DNA of 64,000 bases from Bacteroidota bacterium (GTDB lineage Bacteria > Bacteroidota > Ignavibacteria > UBA10030 > UBA8401): NCBI GenBank assembly GCA_020052095.1, contig JAGVPT010000185.1, forward strand, positions 4,769-68,768. Reading direction: 5' to 3'. How positions within the stretch are numbered: position 1 is the first letter of the stretch; the number at the start of each line of letters is the position of its first letter. Both the position numbers and the translations under genes were made by a program. Positions 27,929-36,148 of the stretch are shown here, one piece after another. The notes beneath the pieces were generated by a model, which ran no database searches, was not told where the DNA came from, and saw only the letters and a list, made by a program, of their open reading frames with translations.

Positions 27929-28597
27929 ATGAGGGCGCCACGACAAAAAAAGCAGGAAGAACAGCACTGGCAAGTAAGCTACATCGATTTGCTCACTGCA
28001 TTGCTTGCGACATTTACGCTGCTCCTCTCGTTGTCAGTTCCTGATCAATCCAAATTGGACAGTTTGGCGTCTTCAGTCTCGGAGGCCGCGAAACAACAAG
28101 CGAACCTGGGGAGTCTATCGAAGGAGTTGATGGCGACGATAGAAAAGAACGCTTCGCTCAAAGGGCAGATCAACGTCGTCATGACCGATGCAGGCATCGA
28201 ACTTCGCTTCGGAAGCAATTTGCTTTTCCCGCCGGGCAAAGCGGCATTGCGTGCGGAAGGCTATGACGCGATCTACAGCATCGGCAAAATACTCGGCTAT
28301 TTCGTCAAGGCGCGTAACGCGTTTATCGCCGTCGAGGGACATACGGACGACACACCCCTTAGGACAACGACTGAATTTCGCTCCAACTGGGAATTGTCCT
28401 CGACCCGGGCAACAGAGGTCGTTCACTATTTGCAGGATACTGTCATGATCGAGGGGAAGCGGCTTTCGAGCACCGGGTTTTCCGATGCACGCCCGCAAAC
28501 TAGGGAGAAAGACCCGGCAACAGGCCAATTTACGGATCGGGCGCGCAACGATAATCGGCGCGTGGTTATTCGGATCTACTACCATCGTGAGGTCTAG
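27929..28597 (+). CDS. motB: MotB-family stator protein with OmpA-like peptidoglycan-binding domain
   Basis: N-terminal WQVSYIDLLTALLATF TM/plug segment with the conserved Asp. C-terminal OmpA-like domain (IAVEGHTDDTP...NRRVVI). Confidence 0.8.
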   Translation: MRAPRQKKQEEQHWQVSYIDLLTALLATFTLLLSLSVPDQSKLDSLASSVSEAAKQQANLGSLSKELMATIEKNASLKGQINVVMTDAGIELRFGSNLLFPPGKAALRAEGYDAIYSIGKILGYFVKARNAFIAVEGHTDDTPLRTTTEFRSNWELSSTRATEVVHYLQDTVMIEGKRLSSTGFSDARPQTREKDPATGQFTDRARNDNRRVVIRIYYHREV

Positions 28598-28635
28598 CGG
28601 ATGAAATTGTTATCAAAAACATTCTCGGGAAAATT

Positions 28636-30495
28636 ATGAAAACTCGATTCGGAAGTGTGGTTCTTCTCCTTGTGGTAGTCTTTCAGGCACAGCTCTTTGC
28701 CGTGGACCTCGAACTCGAAAAGAAAAAGATGGAGCGGGATCTCGAAGATCGCACTTCCACGGAAATCCGCCGTTATTTTTCAGATCTTAATTTCCTTGTC
28801 ACTGCCGAAGTAACTCTTGTCGATTTAACTCCTCCTGTGAAGAAAGACAGAGGCGACAATAAGGATTTTCTCCTTCCCGGAGTTTCCGGTTTTCAGGCCG
28901 AGACTCAACGTTCGGAGGAATCGGCAAAACCTCAAATCGGTATTGAATCCATCGTCATCAAATTGTTGATTGACAAGAATAGGACGATGGAAGAAAAGGA
29001 CTTGCTCACAAACATCACGTTCTATACCGGCAAGCTCAATAAGGTTCGAGGAGACAGAGTTGATATCCAGGAAATGTCTTTTCCGGCAAGCACGCTGCAG
29101 GTCCAGCGGGAGCAACAGAGAGCAGAACAGGAAAAGCGCATTCAGGAACTGGAGAAGGCGAAACAGGATGCCGATCTCCGCGCGGCCCAACAACAAAAGG
29201 CCCAACCAGATCAGCTCACGCCGGCGAAACAACCTGAAAGTTTTCTGAGCCCCACAACAATGTTGTTATTGGGTCTTGGTCTGTTATTGCTGATTATTAT
29301 CGTCGTACTGCTGGCACGGGGAAGGAAGCAAAGTACCCCGGAAGCACAACAACCGCCGGCGCAGATGATGCCAGCGCAGCAGGGAATTCAGGGGGCGGAA
29401 GGCCAGGGGCAATCAGGTCTTCAGCAAGCCGTGATCGAACAGAATACAGAATTCCAAGAAGCGATGGAAGTCGATAAGGTGCGTCATAATCTCATTGCGA
29501 CATGCGCCGGCGAATCCGACTTAACGTCGAACGTCATCCGAGACATGATCGCGGATGCCACTCAGAAAGAACGACTCATGTTGGTGATATCGCAACTTGG
29601 GAATAGTCTTCTGCAGGTCATGAGAGACTATTTTTCCATCGACGAGATGAAAGTGCTTCAGGAGTTATCCCTTGAAAAGCAGGAAAAAACGCCGATGGAA
29701 ATCCGGGAGGCGCTCGCATCATTCCAGAACCAGCTTGCGATAAAGCGATTCTCCCAGGCCCGAAACACAAAGCAAAATCCATTTGCATTCCTTGAAAAAC
29801 TTTCGGAACCGCAGCTATATCTGTTAATGAAAGACGAACCGCCCGGAATCATTGCAATCATCTTGTCGCAGCTCAGTACGCCGATCGCAAGCTCTATGCT
29901 TAAGAACCTCCCGTCAATGCAGCAGGGAGAGGTCGCGTTGGAATTGGGCAAACTGCGTCGCCTGACCTCGGATACGTACGTTTCCGTCGCAAAGCAGCTC
30001 GCGGGGAAGGCAGCGACCATTCCGGTGATCAACAACGTTCAAGTGCAGGGGACTGATCTCTTGCTCGACATCTTTGACAATATTGACGAAACGGCAGAGT
30101 CGTCAATCATCGAATTCATTAAGGTGGTTAATCTTGATTTGTATCGGGAAATAACGAGTCAGCGCGTTTCCTTTAGTGCAATCAATCAGTTGGATGAAAG
30201 ACTTCTCCGTCAGATTGTGAAAGATATCTCTGGGGATGAGATGGCAATCGCTCTGAAGAATGCGCCGAAGGAAATCAGTGAACGCTTCTTCTCCGTCCTG
30301 CCGTCAAAGTCGAGAATTATTTTGGAAGACCGGCTGACATCTATGAAGAGCGTCTCTCCGGACGACGAATTGAAGGCACGCCGGCGAATTACACGAATGG
30401 TGCGGACGTATATGAAGTCTGGCGGCGCGTCTCTGGCCGCGGCCCCGGCAGCAGAGGGAACGGGAGAAGAGGCTAAGGAAGAGCAGCTTCAGTGA
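28636..30495 (+). CDS. Membrane-tethered FliG-like protein: signal-anchor plus about 200-aa periplasmic coiled-coil region plus TM helix plus complete FliG (N, M, C domains)
   Basis: Residues about 270-600 align by eye with E. coli FliG across its length. The middle domain has KDEPPGIIAIILSQL, corresponding to DEHPQIIATIL. The C-terminal torque-helix region is LLRQIVKDISGDEMAIALKNAPKEISERFFSVLPSKSRIILEDRL, corresponding to IQRLLQEVDSESLLIALKGAEQPLREKFLRNMSQRAADILRDDL. The N-terminus has a hydrophobic signal/anchor, a Q/E/K-rich coiled coil, and a second TM (TMLLLGLGLLLLIIIVVLL). Confidence 0.7.
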   Translation: MKTRFGSVVLLLVVVFQAQLFAVDLELEKKKMERDLEDRTSTEIRRYFSDLNFLVTAEVTLVDLTPPVKKDRGDNKDFLLPGVSGFQAETQRSEESAKPQIGIESIVIKLLIDKNRTMEEKDLLTNITFYTGKLNKVRGDRVDIQEMSFPASTLQVQREQQRAEQEKRIQELEKAKQDADLRAAQQQKAQPDQLTPAKQPESFLSPTTMLLLGLGLLLLIIIVVLLARGRKQSTPEAQQPPAQMMPAQQGIQGAEGQGQSGLQQAVIEQNTEFQEAMEVDKVRHNLIATCAGESDLTSNVIRDMIADATQKERLMLVISQLGNSLLQVMRDYFSIDEMKVLQELSLEKQEKTPMEIREALASFQNQLAIKRFSQARNTKQNPFAFLEKLSEPQLYLLMKDEPPGIIAIILSQLSTPIASSMLKNLPSMQQGEVALELGKLRRLTSDTYVSVAKQLAGKAATIPVINNVQVQGTDLLLDIFDNIDETAESSIIEFIKVVNLDLYREITSQRVSFSAINQLDERLLRQIVKDISGDEMAIALKNAPKEISERFFSVLPSKSRIILEDRLTSMKSVSPDDELKARRRITRMVRTYMKSGGASLAAAPAAEGTGEEAKEEQLQ

Positions 30496-30515
30496 TTCGT
30501 GTGCGTTATGTCTAC

Positions 30516-30556
30516 AAAGAAAGAGCACCTTGGGAAAGGTGCTCTTTCTTTTTCTA
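30516..30556 (+). terminator. Strong intrinsic terminator closing the MotAB/FliG-like operon
   Basis: 14-bp perfect stem AAAGAAAGAGCACC / GGTGCTCTTTCTTT with an 8-nt loop, followed by a T-run. Confidence 0.7.
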
Positions 30557-30592
30557 TGTGAAGTTATTTTCTCGTTTGTTCTGTTGAATAAG

Positions 30593-31639
30593 ATGAGTAT
30601 GGAAACAGTTGAGTCATATGTCGGGACGGAATTGCACCGATTAACGCTCCACCCCCGGTACGAAGAACTGGGCGTTCCATTCATGGAATACGATGGTTGG
30701 CTTTTGCCGCGTAAATTCCGGGACCTCGGTGAAGAAGTGGCGCTGCTCGAAGATGGAAGGGGGTACATCGATTTTTCTGACCACGGATTCCTTAGAATGG
30801 AGGGGAACGACGCAGTCGACTTACTTCATCGGATATCCACGAATGATTTTCGCAGCTTTAAAGAAGGCAGCGCTGTGCAAACAGTTCTGTTGAGTGAAAA
30901 AGGGCGGCTCGTCGATTCTATCGTCATCCTTCATCGGAACGATCATCTTCTGGTGATTACAAGCCGCGGTGCACATCAACACGTTGCGCAATGGATTGAG
31001 AAATTCATAATTATGGAGGATGTAAAACTGTCCAATGAGACGGGTCGTCATCTTCTTTTCTTCCATTGCACGCCACACCATGGACATCATGCCCCGGTAT
31101 CAAATGGAGCGAAGCTCTATACCTTCAGAACGAAGTATTTTGACCTTGACAGCACATTCTATATTGGCGAGGTTGCCTCATCGATTAGGGCCGTGGTCGA
31201 ATCCGCGGCACTGGTTCAAGTTGGAAACGAGGCCTATGAATTGTTCCGCATTCGCAAGGGGATCTCAGCGTACGGTAAGGAAATCATCGCTGAGTACAAT
31301 CCTCTTGAATTGGGTTTGAGGGGACAAATGAGCTTTGCAAAAGGATGTTACATCGGTCAAGAAGTAATAGCTCGACTTGATACCTACAAAAAAGTGCAGA
31401 AGAAATTATGCCGTGTTCATATTGATAAGATTCTCCCTTCGAACAGAGAATATCGGTTTTTTGCAGACGATAAGGAGGCAGGGAGTCTAACGAGCCACGT
31501 CCCGAACATCGGAGGAGAATCTGGTTCAATGGGACTTGCGATGGTGAAGAGTGTTTTCGCAAGCGCCGGAGCGCGATTTCTTCTTGACCGTCATGGTTCT
31601 GTTTTGACTATTGAAGACTTTGCTGAGAACGTACGGTAA
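30593..31639 (+). CDS. GcvT-like folate-binding protein (YgfZ/aminomethyltransferase family)
   Basis: GcvT-fold N-terminal domain (FSDHGFLRMEGNDAVDLLHRISTNDF) and C-terminal barrel. The start is set at the internal MSMETV; the listed ORF begins at 30530 inside the terminator hairpin. Confidence 0.65.
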   Translation: MSMETVESYVGTELHRLTLHPRYEELGVPFMEYDGWLLPRKFRDLGEEVALLEDGRGYIDFSDHGFLRMEGNDAVDLLHRISTNDFRSFKEGSAVQTVLLSEKGRLVDSIVILHRNDHLLVITSRGAHQHVAQWIEKFIIMEDVKLSNETGRHLLFFHCTPHHGHHAPVSNGAKLYTFRTKYFDLDSTFYIGEVASSIRAVVESAALVQVGNEAYELFRIRKGISAYGKEIIAEYNPLELGLRGQMSFAKGCYIGQEVIARLDTYKKVQKKLCRVHIDKILPSNREYRFFADDKEAGSLTSHVPNIGGESGSMGLAMVKSVFASAGARFLLDRHGSVLTIEDFAENVR

Positions 31640-31644
31640 CGTGA

Positions 31645-32124
31645 ATGGAAACAATCACAATTACTACCGAGTCCAAAAAGGAGCGATACGAGGAATTGCT
31701 TCCACAGATATCGGCCCTCCTCGCTGATGAAAGCGATCTCATTGCCAATTTGGCGAATGTGAGCGCAGCGCTGAAAACGGCATTTAGTCATTATTCATGG
31801 GTGGGCTTTTATCTTCTGAAGAATGATGAACTGGTGCTAGGCCCATTTCAAGGGAAAGTCGCATGCGTTCGCATTGCATTGGGCAAAGGAGTATGTGGTA
31901 CTGCAGCCATGCGAAGGGAGACAGTTGTTGTCCAGGATGTGACAGAATTTCCGGGGCACATTGCCTGCGATTCAGACTCACGCTCGGAAATCGTCGTCCC
32001 AATGGTTCGAGGGATGTATCTTTGCGGTGTTATTGACGTCGATAGCTATGAGCGTGACTCGTTTGATGAAACTGATCGAACGTACCTGGAAAAAATCGCA
32101 GAGATCGTGAGCGAAAAATTCTGA
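31645..32124 (+). CDS. GAF-domain protein, free methionine-(R)-sulfoxide reductase-like (fRMsr/YebR family)
   Basis: 159 aa; conserved GKGVCGTAA and HIACDSDSRSEIVVP motifs, characteristic of fRMsr. Confidence 0.7.
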   Translation: METITITTESKKERYEELLPQISALLADESDLIANLANVSAALKTAFSHYSWVGFYLLKNDELVLGPFQGKVACVRIALGKGVCGTAAMRRETVVVQDVTEFPGHIACDSDSRSEIVVPMVRGMYLCGVIDVDSYERDSFDETDRTYLEKIAEIVSEKF

Positions 32125-32146
32125 TCAGTCAAGTTAATACGTCACG

Positions 32147-32989
32147 ATGAAAACGCCCAAAAGGAATGCTGGCCCAATACGAGCCTATAAAAACCTCGGA
32201 TTTCTTAACAGCAAAGATGCAAGGCCGATTCGGATTCTGTCAGAATTTCTGGAACCTCTGAGCAGGTTCAAATACTATGGAATAAAGGACATCATTGTGT
32301 TCTTCGGCTCGGCGAGGATCAAATCGCGGGCGGTTTGCAAAAAGCAACTAGCGCAAGTGCGGCGGACGATTCGAAGCTCCAAGAGAAAAAGCCCCGAATT
32401 GGAGAGAGATCTTAAAAGCGCTGAAATTGCGCTCTCAATGTCGAGGTACTATGAGGAGGCAGTCGACCTGGCTCGTCTCCTAACGAAGTGGTCAAAGTCT
32501 TTAAAGGACAAGCACAGGTTTGTGGTATGTTCGGGGGGTGGCCCTGGAATAATGGAAGCTGCCAATAGGGGCGCTCTTTTGGCGAAAGGGAAGTCTATTG
32601 GATTGAACATAGGTTTGCCTTTTGAACAGAGTTCTAATGAGTATATTACACCAGAACTGAATTTGGAATTCCACTATTTTTTTATGCGAAAATATTGGTT
32701 TATGTATCTTGGGAAAGCGCTGGTGGCGTTCCCCGGGGGCTTTGGCACTCTCGATGAACTGATGGAGCTGCTTACCCTGCTCCAGACAGGCAAGATTAAG
32801 AAGAAGATGACTGTGATCCTGTACGGCCGCACCTTTTGGGAGCAGATAATAAATCTCCCAAGATTGGAAGAACTAGGGATGATTAGTCGAGAAGACTCCC
32901 AGCTATTTAAGTTTGCAGATTCTCCGCGAGAAGCATTCGCGTTTCTCAAAAACGGCTTGACCCTTAACTATCCAGAAAGACCATTTTGA
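32147..32989 (+). CDS. LOG-family protein (TIGR00730, nucleotide 5'-monophosphate nucleosidase-like)
   Basis: VVCSGGGPGIMEAANRGA and PGGFGTLDELMELLT (PGGxGTxxE) motifs. Confidence 0.75.
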   Translation: MKTPKRNAGPIRAYKNLGFLNSKDARPIRILSEFLEPLSRFKYYGIKDIIVFFGSARIKSRAVCKKQLAQVRRTIRSSKRKSPELERDLKSAEIALSMSRYYEEAVDLARLLTKWSKSLKDKHRFVVCSGGGPGIMEAANRGALLAKGKSIGLNIGLPFEQSSNEYITPELNLEFHYFFMRKYWFMYLGKALVAFPGGFGTLDELMELLTLLQTGKIKKKMTVILYGRTFWEQIINLPRLEELGMISREDSQLFKFADSPREAFAFLKNGLTLNYPERPF

Positions 32990-33855
32990 CACCTATTAAT
33001 CGCTTTAATGAAAGTGATATAACTCGTGTTAAATCATTGATTAATCTACTTGATGATGAAGATAATTCTATTTATATTATTGCACGCGATCATTTGATAT
33101 CAATGGGTGAACTGGCGCTTCCACTTCTTGAAAGTCACCTTCAAGCCAACGAGCCAGTTCTTCAAGAGCGCGTTAAGGAGGCCTACAAAGTCATTACTTC
33201 TGCAATACTGAAGGAACAGATACGCGCGTACCGTGAAAAATACAAGGAGGAAATGAACCTGGAGGAGGGGGTGCTCCTCATCGCAAAATATGGATATCCC
33301 CAGATCGATATGCGCACGTTTTCTGATCTGCTTAACTTCTTCGCTTCGGAGTTACAGGGGCGACTTGATTTTGCGGACCCACCGGAGGAGATTGCAATAA
33401 AGGTCGGAAAGTACTTTTCCGAAGAGAAGGGCTTCAGCGGAAGCGAAATAGATTACTACGACGGTGATTACCATTACATCAACAAAGTAATTGAAACGAA
33501 AAAGGGAGTGCCTATTTCGCTCTCTGTAATCTATTTATTGGTCTTGAAGAGGTTAAATCTGCCCGTAAAAGGGATCGGAATGCCGGGACATTTCATCATC
33601 AGATATGAATTTGGGAGCAAACACATACTGGCAGATCCTTTTCATGCTGGAAAAATTTTGTCTCTTGAAGACTGCAAAAATTATTTAGTTCGAATGGGAT
33701 ATACCTTTAGTAGTGAATACCTTGACCCAGTCAGTAATAAGCAAATTCTTGAACGGATGATTAGAAATTTGATTTTGGTTTTTGAGAAGCAAAATCAGCC
33801 TGCGAACGTTCAGACTTTTCTACAGTGTATTGATATTCTGAACATGAATCTTTAA
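32986..33855 (+). CDS. Transglutaminase-like/SirB1-family protein
   Basis: Transglutaminase-like core (GVPISLSVIYLLVLKRLNLPVKGIGMPGHFIIRY) followed by a helical C-terminal region; 4-nt overlap with the upstream gene. Confidence 0.6.
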   Translation: MTPINRFNESDITRVKSLINLLDDEDNSIYIIARDHLISMGELALPLLESHLQANEPVLQERVKEAYKVITSAILKEQIRAYREKYKEEMNLEEGVLLIAKYGYPQIDMRTFSDLLNFFASELQGRLDFADPPEEIAIKVGKYFSEEKGFSGSEIDYYDGDYHYINKVIETKKGVPISLSVIYLLVLKRLNLPVKGIGMPGHFIIRYEFGSKHILADPFHAGKILSLEDCKNYLVRMGYTFSSEYLDPVSNKQILERMIRNLILVFEKQNQPANVQTFLQCIDILNMNL

Positions 33856-33865
33856 ATTGGAATAA

Positions 33866-34231
33866 GGGGGTGAATGGTTTCGACGAGGTCGAAGATGGTT
33901 GGACATAAGCATACCGTGCTCTCCGAGTTGCACGTAAATAAAGCGGAAACAATACAAGTGCAGACTACAACTACGCACTCGCTGCTTAATTAAACATTAA
34001 GTGGCGCATCTTCTTGAGACCCCGCCTGGCGGGTTTCTTGTAAGGTGTCGACTTCAGCCAGGCGTGCTAATATCCATGCTGGTGCGATATTGGCGAGAGC
34101 AAATCCCAGATAGCTTTGAGCATGGCGAGTTCATCCTGCCGGCTCCGGGCGAAATCGCACGAGATGAACTGAGTATGGAGAAGGTCTAATGGTCGTCACT
34201 TCGGACCGGGGTTCGAATCCCCGCACCTCCA
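33866..34231 (+). ncRNA. ssrA: tmRNA (ssrA), tag peptide ...ADYNYALAA
   Basis: 5' end GGGGGTGAATGGTTTCGACG (tRNA-like domain with the GGnTTCGACG box). 3' end GGACCGGGGTTCGAATCCCCGCACCTCCA pairs with the 5' acceptor (one G-U). Internal tag ORF gca-gac-tac-aac-tac-gca-ctc-gct-gct-TAA ends in YALAA*. Confidence 0.8.
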
Positions 34232-34265
34232 CGACGTTTTACGCCTCACCACTACTGCCATTCGA

Positions 34266-35147
34266 ATGGAGAAGGAAAAGATCGAGCAAATCGACTTTTT
34301 GAAAATGTCGGGAGCTGGAAACGACTTTGTCGTAATTGACAATCGCCGGGGAACCGTCACGGAGCCAGTTGCATTTGCCCGCGTCGTATGCGATCGACGC
34401 AGGGGAGTGGGTGCTGACGGACTGCTTCTGCTTGAGAATAGCAATAGGTCAGATTTTCAAATGAAGTATTACAATGCCGACGGAAGTTACGGCGGCATGT
34501 GTGGGAATGGTGGTCGGTGCATCAGCCGATTCGCCTACCTCAAAGAAATAGTTGCATCGGAACAGATGAAATTCGACGCCCTTGATCATGTCTATCGAGC
34601 ACAGATTTTGAAAGACGATGTAAAATTGACGATGAAAAATCCCTCCGACATACGATCAAACGAGATGCTCCCGATGGACGGGCTCAATCTAATCTCTCAT
34701 TACATCGATACCGGATCTCCGCATTGTGTCATTTTTCTAGATCAGAATAAAGATATCCTTGGAACTCTTCGCGACTTGGATGTGTATGGAATAGGAAAAA
34801 CTATTCGCTATCACAAATCATTTTCTCCAAACGGAACGAACGTGAATTTTGTCGAAGGTGTCGATTCAAATACCATACGCATAAGAACTTATGAGCGAGG
34901 TGTTGAAGCGGAAACTCTGGCTTGTGGAACAGGATCGGTCGCCTCGGCGATCTTGGCAAATCAAATTGGTGGAGTCCGTGCGCCTGTAGTTGTCCAGACG
35001 CAAAGCGGGGAATCACTCCAGGTCGACTTTCAGAATCGAGGCATGTCTGTTTATGAGGAAGTCTCACTCTTAGGAAGTGCTCACGTTACGTTCGCCGGAG
35101 CAATCCGCTATAATCCCTCCTCACACACCATAGTCGACCAAGCATAG
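34266..35147 (+). CDS. dapF: Diaminopimelate epimerase
   Basis: N-terminal FLKMSGAGNDFVVID; active-site cysteines in MCGNGGRC and ACGTGSVA. Confidence 0.85.
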   Translation: MEKEKIEQIDFLKMSGAGNDFVVIDNRRGTVTEPVAFARVVCDRRRGVGADGLLLLENSNRSDFQMKYYNADGSYGGMCGNGGRCISRFAYLKEIVASEQMKFDALDHVYRAQILKDDVKLTMKNPSDIRSNEMLPMDGLNLISHYIDTGSPHCVIFLDQNKDILGTLRDLDVYGIGKTIRYHKSFSPNGTNVNFVEGVDSNTIRIRTYERGVEAETLACGTGSVASAILANQIGGVRAPVVVQTQSGESLQVDFQNRGMSVYEEVSLLGSAHVTFAGAIRYNPSSHTIVDQA

Positions 35148-36046
35148 TGCTCCCGACTTTTTTTATTGTCAATCCCCATTCCGGAAACGGAAACGTCGCA
35201 AGGACCATTCCTCTCATCCGGCAGCACTTCGAGGAAGCGGCCGTTCCATTCGAAATCTACCTGACAAAGAAGGCAAACGATGCAACTGCTGTAGCTCGTG
35301 AAATGTCTGACAAATTTCCCGTTCTTGTGGCGGTGGGAGGGGACGGGACGATCAACGAGTTGGTTAATGGGATGGGACCTTCGAACATCCTAGGTGTTCT
35401 ACCGACGGGGTCCGGAAACGATTTCTCCAAAATGCTGCAGCTTCCCCATGGCACAAATAGAATCCTCCAAGTTATTGCCAAACAGAAGACTAAGCTCATT
35501 GATCTCGGACATATTACTGCTATAAACAGCAGGTTGGAGAAGATCGAAAAATATTTTGTAAACTCAGTTGGAATCGGACTTGATGCAAAAGTCGCCTATG
35601 AAGCACGCAAGTTGCAGATGTTGCGTGGGCTTGCAAAGTACGTTGTCTCAGCAATGAAGAGTATATTTTCTTACCGTCCCGCCATCGCGCACGTGAGTTT
35701 TGGCTTACGCGAGAGCCACGGAAAGCACTTGCTGATAGCAATTGGCAATGGGAAAAGTGCTGGCGGCGGCTTCTATCTGACGCCCGACGCAATTCTCGAC
35801 GACGGATTACTGGACATCTGCCTGGCAAAAGATATTTCTGTTTTGGAGACGCTGAAGATCTTCCCGTTCGTTCTCAAAGGAAAGCATGGCCGCTTTGACA
35901 AGATAGAATTCGGGCGGTCAGCTAAATTTAACGTCAAAGGCGATGACGACTTGCCGGTTCATGTGGACGGAGAGGTTGTCGGGCTCGACAATCGTGAAAT
36001 CGCAATTGACTTGAAGCCACGATCATTGAGGGTGATCGTCCCATAA
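35147..36046 (+). CDS. Lipid kinase, diacylglycerol-kinase catalytic domain family (YegS/BmrU-like)
   Basis: GGDGTINELVNG motif of the DAGK_cat family; 299 aa. Confidence 0.75.
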   Translation: MLPTFFIVNPHSGNGNVARTIPLIRQHFEEAAVPFEIYLTKKANDATAVAREMSDKFPVLVAVGGDGTINELVNGMGPSNILGVLPTGSGNDFSKMLQLPHGTNRILQVIAKQKTKLIDLGHITAINSRLEKIEKYFVNSVGIGLDAKVAYEARKLQMLRGLAKYVVSAMKSIFSYRPAIAHVSFGLRESHGKHLLIAIGNGKSAGGGFYLTPDAILDDGLLDICLAKDISVLETLKIFPFVLKGKHGRFDKIEFGRSAKFNVKGDDDLPVHVDGEVVGLDNREIAIDLKPRSLRVIVP

Positions 36047-36148
36047 GGTAATTAGAGGGAAGAAACAGACGAAATTCAATATGCTAATTAGCGATATAAT
36101 ATGTGTTATGTAAAGTTACATTTCTTGAGAATTACACCCGCAAACAAG

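Noticed and set aside
34196-34444. 82-aa minus-strand ORF and nearby small ORFs at 34001-34189
   Set aside because: They overlap the tmRNA (33866-34231) and the dapF start region. The RNA gene and dapF explain the sequence; the translations are compositionally odd.
36047-36148. AT-rich spacer between convergent lipid-kinase and purL genes with a small ATGTAA-a-GTTACAT palindrome, considered as a bidirectional terminator
   Set aside because: The stem is short and AT-only with no flanking T/A runs; insufficient evidence.
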